A stretch of DNA of 64,000 bases, from NCBI GenBank assembly GCA_964016885.1, contig OZ024742.1, forward strand, positions 285,882,001-285,946,000, written 5' to 3'. Source of the stretch: Eledone cirrhosa. Its lineage: Eukaryota. The notes below the pieces were generated by a model. The model was not told the origin of the DNA and did not search any database. It saw only the letters and a list, made by a program, of their open reading frames with translations. The translations under genes and the position numbers were made by a program. Below are positions 39,298 to 50,940 of this stretch, piece by piece (the first letter of the stretch is position 1; every line of letters starts with the position of its first letter).

Positions 39298-41345
39298 GTC
39301 ATAGAGTTACGGCCCTTTACGTTCTGAGTTCAAATCCCGCCGAGGTTAACTTTGCCTTTCATCCTTACAGGGTCGATAAAATAAAGCACCAGTAATGCAC
39401 TGGGGACGATTCAATCAACTTTCCGTTTCCCTCAAAATTGTTGGCCTTGTGCCTAAATCAAAAACCATGATTATGAGGGCGGTGGATTGGCAGTAAATAA
39501 TAATATTAATAATAATAATAATAATAATTGTTTATACTTTAGGCACAAGGACGGCAATATTTGGCGAAGGTAGAGTCAGTTAAATTGCCACCAGCGCATT
39601 ACTGGTACTTTATTTAATTGTATGTTGTCCGACGCTCTACCGATACTATTTCTAATCCAAATAATAATAATTGTTTCTACTTTTGGCACAAGGCCAGCAA
39701 ATTACCCAGTACATTACTGGTACTTTATTTTATCGACCCCGTAAGGATGAAAGGCAAAGTTAACCTCGGCGGGATTTGAACTCAGATCATAAAGGGACGT
39801 AACTATGCTGCAAAGCATGGCGTCCGACCCTCTACCAATACTGCCAATAGCCACAAGGCCATCAATTTTGGGGGAGGGGAAAGTTGATTAAATCGAGCTC
39901 AGTGCGTGACTGGTACTTTATTTAATTGACTTCGTAAGGATGAAAGGCAAAGTTAACCTCGGCGGGATTTGAACTCAAAACATAAAGGGCCGTAACTCTA
40001 TGCCGTTGAATATGTTGGCCGACGCTCTACCGATACTACTGCTAATCCAAATAATAATAATAAATAGATTAATATATAAAACATCTAAATCTTATTGAAA
40101 CAAACGCCATTCAATTGATCATGCTGTCACAGCTGACTATGTAGGACAGTTATATTACTTGTATATCTATTTTATTTTATTCAGCTTTTTTTTCTAATGT
40201 TTATTAATGTTCTTTCGTTTTTTTTTGTGTGTACGTGTGTGTTTTTTTGTTTGTTTATTTCTTTAGGATTGACGCAGCCATCTTGACGTAGGTGAAAAAA
40301 AAAAGAAAGATCTATTTTATCACAGCTGGTGATATTCCTTTTACGTCGGTCACCATGTTAAAGATGAAGGTAATAATAATAATTGTTTTTTTTTTTTATT
40401 ATAATAATAATAGTTTCTGATTTAGGCACAAGGCCAGCAATTTGAAAGGAGAGGATAAAGTCGATTATATCAACCTAGTACGTTACTGGTGCTTTAATTT
40501 ATCGACCCCGTAAGGATGAAAAGCAAAGCTAAATTCAGCCGGATTTGAATCAGATCGTAAAGCGGCATAACTCTATGCTGCAAAGCATGGCGTCCGACCC
40601 TCTACCGATACAACCAATCCACCGCCCTTATAATAATAAGGATTTCTGATTTAGGGACAAGGCCAACAATTTTGGGGAAGAGAACCCCAGTGCATTACTG
40701 GTACTTTATTTTATCGACCCTGTAAGGATAAAAGGCAAAGCTACCCTTGGCGGGATTTGAACTCAGAACTTAAATAGCCGTAACTTTGTGCTGCAAAGCA
40801 TGGTTTCCGACGCTCTAACGATATCGCCCATATAATAATTGTTTCTATTTTTGGCACAATGCCAGCAATTATATCAGTGCATTACTGGTATCTATTTTAT
40901 CGACCCCGTAAGTATGAAAGGCAAAGTTAACCTCGTGAGATTTGAATTCAGAACGTAAAGGAGCATATCTCTATGCTGTAAATGGCTAATAATGGCTTCT
41001 GATTTAGGCACAAGGCCAGCAATTTGGGGAAGCGGCGAAATTCAATTATTACACCCAGTACTTAACTTTTATCGACCGCAGAAAAATAAAATGCAAAGTT
41101 TAACTCGGCAGTTTAAATCGTAGAGAGCAGCAATTAAGTACTGCAATAAAATTTCCCGATGCTCTACCGATTCTGCTAATCCATCCCTTTAAAGTGAATA
41201 TAAATATTTCTAATTAAGCACAAATGGCCAGAATTTTAGGTGAAGAGATAAGTCGATTAAATCGATCCCAGTAATTGAGTGGTACTTTATTTTACTGGCT
41301 CAGGAAGAACTTTTTACCGGACGCTCTACCGATTCTACCAATCCG
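39298..41345. mobile_element. Dense SINE cluster (mostly minus strand, about 8 copies or fragments)
   Basis: Repeated matches to the dominant SINE. Confidence 0.85.
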
Positions 41346-41485
41346 TAAACACTTATATTAATAATAATATCAAAGACATGCGAGTACTCCGAAAATCATT
41401 CTTCATATTCTTAGAAAAATTACTTGCTATAAAGGCCTTTCGATACGGCTTGGCACTTAATTTGTGTGTGTGTGTGGGGGGAGTA

Positions 41486-41583
<98 letters not shown>

Positions 41584-41928
41584 TGTGAGTGTGTGAGTGT
41601 GTGAGTGTGTGTGTGTGTGAGTGTGTATGTGTGTATGGCAGTGAATTGGTGGAATCGTTAGAATGTCGGACAGAATATTTTGCGGTATTCGTCTCGGCTT
41701 TCTGTGCCTCTTTGAGTTCAACTTTGCCTTTCATCATTTGGAGGTCGATAAAAAACAGTGCTGGCCTAGTTCTGGGGTTGATTCTCCTTCTATATCTCTC
41801 CCTTTCATTCCTGCTCTTGAGAAAATCTGCTGTGTTCAGGCATAGTGAGAAAGATGGTCTCCGCCGGTCTTAAAATGCCCCAAAATGCTGTATTGAGAGA
41901 TCACAGCTCCAATACTATTGGCATATTA

Positions 41929-43893
41929 CACCATGTAACAAAAAAAAATTTTTTCTCTGTTACTGGCTTGTAATCACTTTTTTGTGTTGCTTAGGTCCCA
42001 AATAAATTTAAAAAAGTGCTATTAAACAGTTAAAAGTTTGGGTTTGTAAAAATTCTAAGCTATTCACTAGAATTATTTGTATGCTGGATTTTACGTTGTA
42101 TGTAAGTTTAATTTGCTTATGTTAAATGATTTTTTTAATATATGTTTCAGGTTAAATTAAAATCATAAAATAAAGAGTAATACCTAAAGAAAATTATAAA
42201 AGTGCAATAAAGTATAAAATTTGTAAAAAGTGGATTAAAGAGATTTATTGATACTGGATTTTCGCACCCTGATTAGTAAGTTGTGTTTTAAGCACGAATT
42301 TTCATTAGTATGATTAGTGTTCTTTTATATTATTTAAATATGTATTTCCCTTTCCAATATTTATTTTGTATTGCATATCGAATTTATTTTCCAAGACAAG
42401 TATTCTGATAAAGAGGAGGAGATGGATGCTGAGGACTTGGATTACCTGCCTGAGGTACCAGAAAAAGTTCCTCACTTCCCAAACCAAAAAGAAGTCAATG
42501 GCTTGGTCAGGGATATGGGTTTGACTAAGTCCAATGCAGAGCTATTCGTCTCCAGGATGAAGCAGTGGAACTTAGTCAAGGAGGAAGTGCAGGTGACAAG
42601 TCAGAGAAGTCGACACAAACCTTTCTCAGGCTTTTACACTCTTATGGATGGCCTCTGCTTCTGCCATAACGTGCCTGGACTGTTTGACGTTATTGGGTGC
42701 CGTTTGTGCCCAAGGAGTGGCGGCTATTTATAGACAGCTCCGCCACCAGTTTGCAGGCTGTCCTCCTCCACAATGGAAACAACTTCCCGACACTGTCCCT
42801 AACTCATTCAGTCTGCCTGAAGGAAGATTACTACAGTGTGAAAGTCCTCTTGGAAGCTCTGCAATACAACCAGTACAATTGGGAAATCATTGGAGACTTC
42901 AAGATGGTGGCTTTCCTGCTTGGACTCCAAGGAGGCTTTATCAAATTCCAATGCTTCCTCTGCCTTTGGGACAGCAGAGCCACCTCTGACCACTACAAAA
43001 GAAAGAACTGGGAACAGCGAACAGAATTTGTAGTTGGGACCCAGAACGTAATGTGGGAGCCACTGGTTGATCCCAGGATTGTGCTCATGCCGCCACTGCA
43101 CATTAAGTTGGGGTTGATGAGGCAGTTTGTGAAGGCTCTCAACCAAGAATCAGCCGCTTTTAAGTACCTTCTGAGGCCAAAATCAAAGGTGGAATTTTTG
43201 TTGGACCTCAGATAAAGAAGGTGTTTGAGTCTACCGAGTTCTCCAATAAGCTCAATAGGATTGAGAGAACAGCATGGAACTGTTTCAAGGCAATTATTAA
43301 GGGCTTCCTGGGCAACTACAGAGCTGAAAACTACCAGCAACTGGTGCAGGATCTGATAAAGGCTTTTGGCGCCATGGGATGCAGGATGTCGCTTAAACTC
43401 CATATGCTGGACGCTTACCTCGAAAAATTCAAGGACAATATGGGCGCCTACTCAGAAAAACAAGGCGAACGATTCCACCAAGATGTGAAAGAGATAGAGC
43501 GGAGGTACCACGGCCACTACAATGAAAAAATGATGGGGGACTATATCTGGGGCTAGTGTGGGAATGCGACCTGGACTACAACCGCAAATCCAGGAAATCC
43601 AGTCATTTCTGACGTGTATAAGTTGCTTTATAAGTGTTATTTGTTTTTACTTGTTTGCTGTTGATAAGCTTGTGTAATAAAATAAATATATACTCTGTTG
43701 ATTTAATTATATGAACTGATAAATTAAAAAAAAATGTGTTTTTTCTTGAAAAATATGAAAATTTCGAAATATCAAACTCCTTACCACAAACCCAAACTTC
43801 TGATTAAATAATGTTTTATTTTTATCATAATGGGATATAACAAACCATGAAATGACACTTAGAACTGGGGAACAAAAAATATGTTACACGGTG
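41929..43893 (+). mobile_element. Chapaev3-type (CMC) DNA transposon
   Basis: TIRs caccatgtaaca / tgttacacggtg, 3-bp TSD TTA on both sides, internal transposase. Confidence 0.85.
42371..43611 (+). pseudogene. Chapaev3-like transposase, frameshifted and lacking the N-terminus
   Basis: EWRLFIDSS..AVLLHNGN, GDFKMVAFLLGLQGGF..CFLCLWDSRA, PPLHIKLGLM, MSLKLH, QGERFHQD..ERRYHG. Confidence 0.9.
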
Positions 43894-44203
43894 TTATTAG
43901 AATATTATTAAAGAATTGCTGGAGAGATTTTACGGACAAAACCAGTTGGCGGGGTTAGACCCTCAGCAAGATGGTTAGATAACATCCATGAGTTTGGCTG
44001 GTCTCGCTTGGGAATCTAGCCGGATCAATTGGAGACAGGACCCGCTGGAAGAAGTGTTTGAGGACTCTGCCCCCAAGACCCTCTCAGGAATACGTGGGCG
44101 AAGAAGAGAGACTAGTTTGCTAGTCGTATAGAATACATTGAAGTCGAAATTGTGTTTTGTTTAACGTTAGCTTTATTTTCGGAATGTATTATTTACGTAA
44201 ATT

Positions 44204-44712
44204 TACGGGGTCGATAAAATAAAGTACCAGTAATGTACTGGGTAATTTCTGGCCTTGTGCCTAAAAATAGAAACAATTATTTACGTAAAAAAGGCCGGTG
44301 GATTGGCAGTATCGGTAGAGCATCGGGCAACATGCTTTATGTCATAAAGTTACGGCCAATTACGTTCTGAGTTCAAATCCCACTGAGGTTAGCTTTGCCT
44401 TTAATCCTTACGGCGTCGATAAAATAAAGTGTCAGTAACGCACTGGGGTCGATTTAATCAGCTTTCGCCTCCCCCAAAAATTGTTGATCTTGTATCTAAA
44501 TCAGAAACATTATTTACGTAATCAAAGGGCGGTGGATTGGCAGTATCGGTAGAGGGTCGGACGCCATGCTTTCCAGCATAGTTACGTCTCTTTACGATCT
44601 GAGTTCAAATCCCGCCGAGGTTGACTTTGCCTTTCATCCTTACGGGGTCGATAAAATAAAGTACCAGTAATGCACTGGGTAATTACTGGCCTAGTGCCTA
44701 AAGTAGAAACAA
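44204..44712 (+). mobile_element. Three tandem SINE copies
   Basis: Matches to the dominant SINE, each ending attatttacgta. Confidence 0.85.
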
Positions 44713-45439
44713 TTATTTACGTATTCAGTGATTTACATTCAGTGATTACTTTGCGTCTGTTCTAGATATATCTCCAATAAATTTTATGTGTTTGACGGTC
44801 CTATTTGCTTATTTGCTTATAATATCTCAGAAGAAGAGATAACATCCATGAGCTTGGCTGTCTCGCTTGTGGATCCAGCCTGATCAGTTGGAGGCAGGGC
44901 CCTCTGGAAGAAGTTTTTGAAAACTCTTCCCCCACGACTTTCTCAGGAATAAGCGGGTGAAGAAGAAGAAGTAGCTTATCATATATGGGTAGGGACTAAT
45001 TTAGTAGTTGTATAAATACGTCAAAGTTGAACCATGTCGGTGAATATATCAGAGTTATAATATAAAACTATAGTTATAGGTCAATTACATGACGTAAGAA
45101 CCATGGTTAATATTAAGAGGTTAAACTTGACAGAAGAAAATAAATTCATAAGATAACAATAAAGTTTTATGAATAAACAAAACTGATGTCAATGGTAAAA
45201 TGTGGCGGAGGCGTTGGTTGGGTTTGGTGGGGGTCGTGTTGGCGTGGCGTGAGGGATTTGGGGGAGGGACAGGGATGGAATTTAATAACATCACCCTTTT
45301 CCACATGTGCTTTATTTTGTTTTGTTCTATTTTGTTTGCTTTTTTATTTATGCTATTATTCTGTATGTGACGACATGTGGTCGAGTATTATGCTTAACTA
45401 TGTTAGGAAACACGAAAACAATTGAAATTTTGTCACCTC

Positions 45440-45845
45440 GGCCACCAACCCTAATACCGCGGCTCGAGTTGCAAAGGATAGGAAGACAAACAAATACCGG
45501 AACTTGTCCGGTCACTTCCTCTTTACACCGGTCACCATCGAGACCTCAGTCGTCCTTGGACCCCGGACGGCTGACCTCGTCCATAAAATTGGATCGATAG
45601 CAGTCCGTCTGAAGAAAGAGCCCCGCGCGATGGGGTGGCTGTTGCAGCGTATGTCGCTGGTCATTTTGTCTGCGGGGCGCAGCCGAAACACCGCTTTGGC
45701 CTAGGTGAAGAGTCTGTCACCCTCTCCCCTTCCCCCTGTCTTTCTTCATTTGTCAGTATTCTTTGCTCTTCCCTTCCTTATCCTCTCATTTATGGCATTT
45801 CCAATACTGCTTTCTTTTTATGTAGGTTTAACCAAATAAAAATAA
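45440..45845 (+). mobile_element. 3' fragment of CRE-like RLE LINE
   Basis: K..KYRNL..HFLFTPVTIETS..LGP...IG....EPRA..WLLQRMSL; AATAAA at ~45835. Confidence 0.7.
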
Positions 45846-45872
45846 TCTATATTAGAATTGTCGTATTAAATA

Positions 45873-45910
<38 letters not shown>

Positions 45911-45915
<5 letters not shown>

Positions 45916-46184
45916 GAAAAAAGGAGGAAGTTTCGTTTACATGTGAAACATATTTATTGCATATCGGCCTCTGTTACGCGCGTTTCGCAGAGGATTGGCT
46001 CAAGGTGACCCATAGGACTTATGGACCTGACTCCAGTATCGATCTGCTCCTCGGACTGGTGATGTGACAATAAACATTTTTCATATGTAAAGGAAACTTC
46101 CTCGTTTTTTACTATTATATATCCTCTACCTATGCATAGAGTGCTTGATTTGATACCAACAACAGTATTTCACCGTACTACCTA

Positions 46185-46188
<4 letters not shown>
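45911..46188. mobile_element. Fold-back pLTR insertion in (TA)n with hammerhead motif at 45971-46058 (-)
   Basis: 45911-45959 is inverted against 46067-46117; minus strand CCGAGGA-gcaga...tctgc-GAAACGCGCGTA. Confidence 0.75.
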
Positions 46189-46239
<51 letters not shown>

Positions 46240-46244
<5 letters not shown>

Positions 46245-46322
46245 ATAATAATAAATTTGAAGACTAAGGGTGAAAGCAGCGATTCTTTGCTTAAACTTTA
46301 ATCTGTTATTTTAATAAATATA
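46240..46322. mobile_element. Tiny head-to-head pLTR insertion of the 8687-11900 family in (TA)n
   Basis: Antisense gtaataataataaatttgaagact joined to sense aagggtgaaagcagc...ttttaataaat. Confidence 0.85.
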
Positions 46323-47762
46323 TATATATATATAAATTTCAATATTTTTATTTTATATATTTATATATAATAAAAATATATAATTTTTTAACATAATGAA
46401 AGTCGTGTGTGACGCTTTAAACAACTTCAACTTTAGAATGAAATCGACGACAATTGTTTTCTAATTTAAACACAAAGCCAACAGCCATTGGTGTGAGGCA
46501 ATGTTGATAAAATTAAACTCCAGCACTTCACTGGTACTATATCTTATCGACCTTGGAAAGATGGAAGGCAAAGTTGACCTCGGCAAGATTTAAATTCAGA
46601 AGGTTATAGGGCCGAAACTAAATGCAGCAAAGCATTATGTTCGACGCTCTACCGATTCTCCTAATCCAGCCAATGTTTTAGTAAAAGAGAGGAAATGTCC
46701 CAGCATGTCACAATAAAATAAAATAAAATAAAATAAAATAAAATAAAATAAAACGAAATAAAAACTAAAACAAAAGCAGATAGATTCAAAATGGAGTAAC
46801 TTCAGTTACTCTCGGCTCTCGAATAATGCTCCTCTCCCCTCCCTGACTTGCTTATTCATTTTTAGACTACCCATTAATTAGAAATTCTTATTTTTACATG
46901 CGGTCCAGTCTTGACCTTGTAATGTTTGGTACAACTCTCTGAGTTCAAATCCCACCGAAGCCAACTTTGCATTTTATCGTTACAGGGTCGATAAATAAAG
47001 TACTTTCGGGTCTGGATTAATCCCCCCCCCCACACACACACACTAATTCTTCAGCTTTTTCCGCCACTGACCCCCCCCCCCCCCCCAGCCCCGCTCATAT
47101 TGCAGTCCACGTCCCCACCGGCATATTAAATTTTACTAATCTATCTCCGGCGAAATTTTATTTCAAGTGGCAGCATTATTCCTGCGACAATAACATTTCT
47201 TGTAAGCTATATAATATAATACAATTAAAATATGTAACTACATTAAATGGGTTTCCCCCTTCTCACCATTCCACTCCGCTCCACCCCGGTCCAATGAGAG
47301 TGGGAAGCACATTAGAAACAATCAGTCAACAAAAACCACAAAAATCCTGGCCTCCTCTATATAGAAGTAAATGCCCTCTTTATGATGTAGACTAGTGAAC
47401 TAGCGAAACTAATAAGTCGAACTAATATCAATGCTACCATTCTCTCTTCTAAACTAATAATAACATTGGTTTGTATACAATGTTTTGTGCTGGCCTATAT
47501 ATTACAATAATGTATTATGGTATTATATTACAGAAAAGGCACTGTTTACAATAGGGAACACGTTTTAGAGGACATTAAAACGTGCTACTAGGCTACAAAC
47601 TGTAAACAGAGAGAGAGGGGGGAGAGGGGGAGCACATGTGCGCGTGTGTGGTGTTTGTGTGTGCATATATATATATATATAGTTACATATATGCATATAT
47701 ATATATATATATATATATAGTTACATATATGCATATATATATATATATAGTTATATATAGTT

Positions 47763-47793
<31 letters not shown>

Positions 47794-47932
47794 TTATATA
47801 TATATATATATATATACATATATTAGTTACACACACATTCACACACACATATACACACACACACACACACATATGTATATATATATTTACATATAGATGG
47901 GTAGGTTGGGTGGCTCAGTGAAAGTGTTAGGG

Positions 47933-48023
<91 letters not shown>

Positions 48024-48794
48024 AGAATCAAGGAAACAGAGAAATATAAGGAGTGGGAAGTGGGAAGAAAAGAGCAAATGAGAATGTTGAGTAGGCAACG
48101 GGTGCAAGAAAATTGTGGTTCAGTATTAGAACCTAGAGAATGACAGACTATGTCTTACCTTTGTGTTGTGAGTTCAACTCCCACCAACGTCGATTTTGCT
48201 TTTTATTTTTTACCTTTCAGAGGCTGATAAAATATAGAACCATTGGAGTACTGAAATTTGTTTAATCCACGGTGTTCCCCTGGAAAATATGTGACTTCAT
48301 GTCGACCACGGCATCGTGAAGGAGTTGGATAGAAAAGAATGAGGATCGACACAGATCTCAATGACCAAACCTTATCGATGTTTTCAGGTTTCGCTAATCG
48401 ATGAAGGTAAATGTGGATCAGGAAGTACCCACCTATTGGGATATGGGTAGTTTCATTTACTTTAAGGAAAAACATAGATTGTATCTACAAATTAAACTTT
48501 ATAGTGAAACACATTTGTGCCATGCTATAAATATTTGAAGCTGCAAATCTTCTAGTATAGAAGAACTGCCTCGACCTTTGTCTGACTGCAGCTATTCCGC
48601 GCGCACACACGCCCGATAGAGTACTTCAGTTGTATGCACACTGTAAACAACAGAGGCCACGTGATGTCCCTCTCCGACAAAAACTTTTTCCCCTCGGAAA
48701 ACCCCCAGTTGATGGATGCGAAATCCGAAATATAGGGACAATTAAATCACTTCCAAGGTAACTCTATCACATGTTATTACTTTTTAATCTTTTA

Positions 48795-49012
48795 GGGCGG
48801 TGATTGGCAGTATATGTAGAGGGTCGGACGCCATACTTTGCAGCATAGAGTTACGGCCCTTTATGATCTGAGTTCAAATCCCGCCGAGGTTAACTTTGCC
48901 TTTCATCCTTACGGGGTCGATAAAATAAAGTACCAGTCACGCACTGGGGTCGATTTTAATCGACATTTGCCTCCCTCAAATTGCTGGCCTTGTGCCTACT
49001 TAAGAAACCATT
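48795..49012 (+). mobile_element. Full-length SINE (dominant family, long-tail variant)
   Basis: A and B boxes and central domain present. Confidence 0.85.
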
Positions 49013-49194
49013 ATTTTTTACACCTTTCCTACGTTCCTTTATGCTCTATACGTCTCTTTCTACGCTTCCTCTTACATCTCTCTCTCATTACCACCTGATT
49101 CTGTTACCCGGAGATTTACCCATCTGCATTGTTGAAGCTTCCAAAACAACCATTTTTATTATCCCACAATGCTTCAAGCAAACTTCAACACTCT

Positions 49195-49271
<77 letters not shown>

Positions 49272-49430
49272 ATATATATAGTCTGGAACTAGCTGTTGAA
49301 ACTACAATTGCTCAGCCGCCAGGTCCTGACTTTCTAATATAGTCAAACTCTCCTATCCCAAGTATCGAGTAGTTGTTGAATAACGGTCTAACTCGTTTAA
49401 TACTGGTTTAATACTGATATAAATATATCT

Positions 49431-49471
<41 letters not shown>

Positions 49472-49556
49472 GTAAAATTGAACAGGGACAGAACAGAGAG
49501 GCAGTACGATAAATGTTTATTAAATTCACGCTCAGGAGAGTGGGGGGTAGGTGGGG

Positions 49557-49590
49557 GACGACGTTTCGGGCATAAGCCCTTCTTCAGGTG
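49557..49590 (-). ncRNA. Minimal hammerhead motif of the Neptune-type pLTR
   Basis: ac-CTGAAGA-a-gggc-ttat-gccc-GAAACGTC-gt; palindromic stem III, very short stem I. Confidence 0.75.
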
Positions 49591-49891
49591 AGAGTTCAAA
49601 AGGTGTGTAGGGGAGTGGTGGAGAGACATATAGCGAAAGGAAACGGTGCGAATGAAAAATTAACAAATAAAGACAAAAATATAATAAATAATAAATAAAA
49701 ATAAAGCATGATCAAAATACAAGGAATGAGAACATTTAAAAATAAAGGCATGATCAAAATAAACTGAAATTAAAAGGGGGGTAAACAGGTAGTGGAAGGG
49801 TGTGGGGTGAGTAGAGGTGGTGGCGGGTGGAGTGGGGAGAGGGAGACGGGGTGTCCGAGCGAGGAGGGCTGAAGGTGGTGTGTGTGGTTAG

Positions 49892-49928
<37 letters not shown>

Positions 49929-50427
49929 TGAGGGTTGGGGGAAGAACGGGGTTGCATGTTCAGGAAGGTGTGTGTGGGGGGTGTTTTTGTGGGTCGGAGG
50001 TTTTGTGCGTGTGTGGATAGGGGGGTGGGGGGGGAGAGGAATCAGGGGGCTGAGGGTGTAAATATGTGGTGGGAAGCACGTGTGTGTGGTTTAAGCGTGT
50101 TGTGGGTGTGGGTGGCGTGTGGATAAACAAATTTTTTGGGGGTGTGTGTGTGGGTGAGTTATATAGGTGGTGGTGTAAGAGGATGGTTGAAAAGTGGTAA
50201 GTTACACGGATGTATGGAGATTTTGGTTGGAAGTCAATAACGCGTGTGGGTAATCCAAGAAGCGGTGGTCGGAAGAGGAGAGATGTGGGGTGCGCGCGCA
50301 ACAGGAAGTGGTCAGCAGTGGAAGTGTTGTGGTCAGTTGGTGCTGAGACAGTGGTCGGAAGGGCATAGCAGCAGTCGGCGGAATGGTAGGGAGGCGAGGA
50401 TGGGTAGGTGTGAGAGTTGGAGTGAGG

Positions 50428-50464
<37 letters not shown>

Positions 50465-50940
50465 TAGTAGGGGTGTTAGTGGGATGAGTGAGTGTGGAGC
50501 GGGGAGAGAAGGGTGTGTGTGGTTCTATGGAGGGAGTGTGGTGTACTGGTGTGTGTGTAGTTTGGTGAAGAGGTGTTAGTGGGTGTTAGTATACGGGAGG
50601 TGGGGAGGGGTGGAATGCAGGTGTGAGTGGGGGTAGGGTGTGTAGAGTTGGTGGTGTACGAGGGTGTGTGGGTACGTGTGCGTGGGGTTGGAGGGTGTTA
50701 GTGATGTTAGTTGCGTGTGGGGTGGGTGGTGTAAGAGGGTGCGTGTGTGTGTGTGATAAGGAGGGGGGAGGAGGAGAAGAGGGGAGGGAAGGGATGTTAG
50801 TATGTTAGTTGGGGAAGGGTGGTCAGATGAGGGGTGGAGTGGAGGTGTTAGTATTGTTAGTGTGGGGTGGGCGGTGAAAAGGAGGGGTGTGTTAGTGGTG
50901 TTAGTGGGGGATAAGTGTGGGGGGAGGGGGCGGTCGAACG

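Larger units (their letters stand above)
37285..40369 (+). pseudogene. Candidate two exons (37285-37319, 40267-40369) of a decayed hemopexin-repeat-like gene
   Basis: AG/GT-bounded and phase-compatible; spliced translation DDGHKWNVFDKRIDAAILT*VKKKRKIYFITAGD resembles the W-x6-IDAA...KxYFF.G pattern. Confidence 0.3.
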
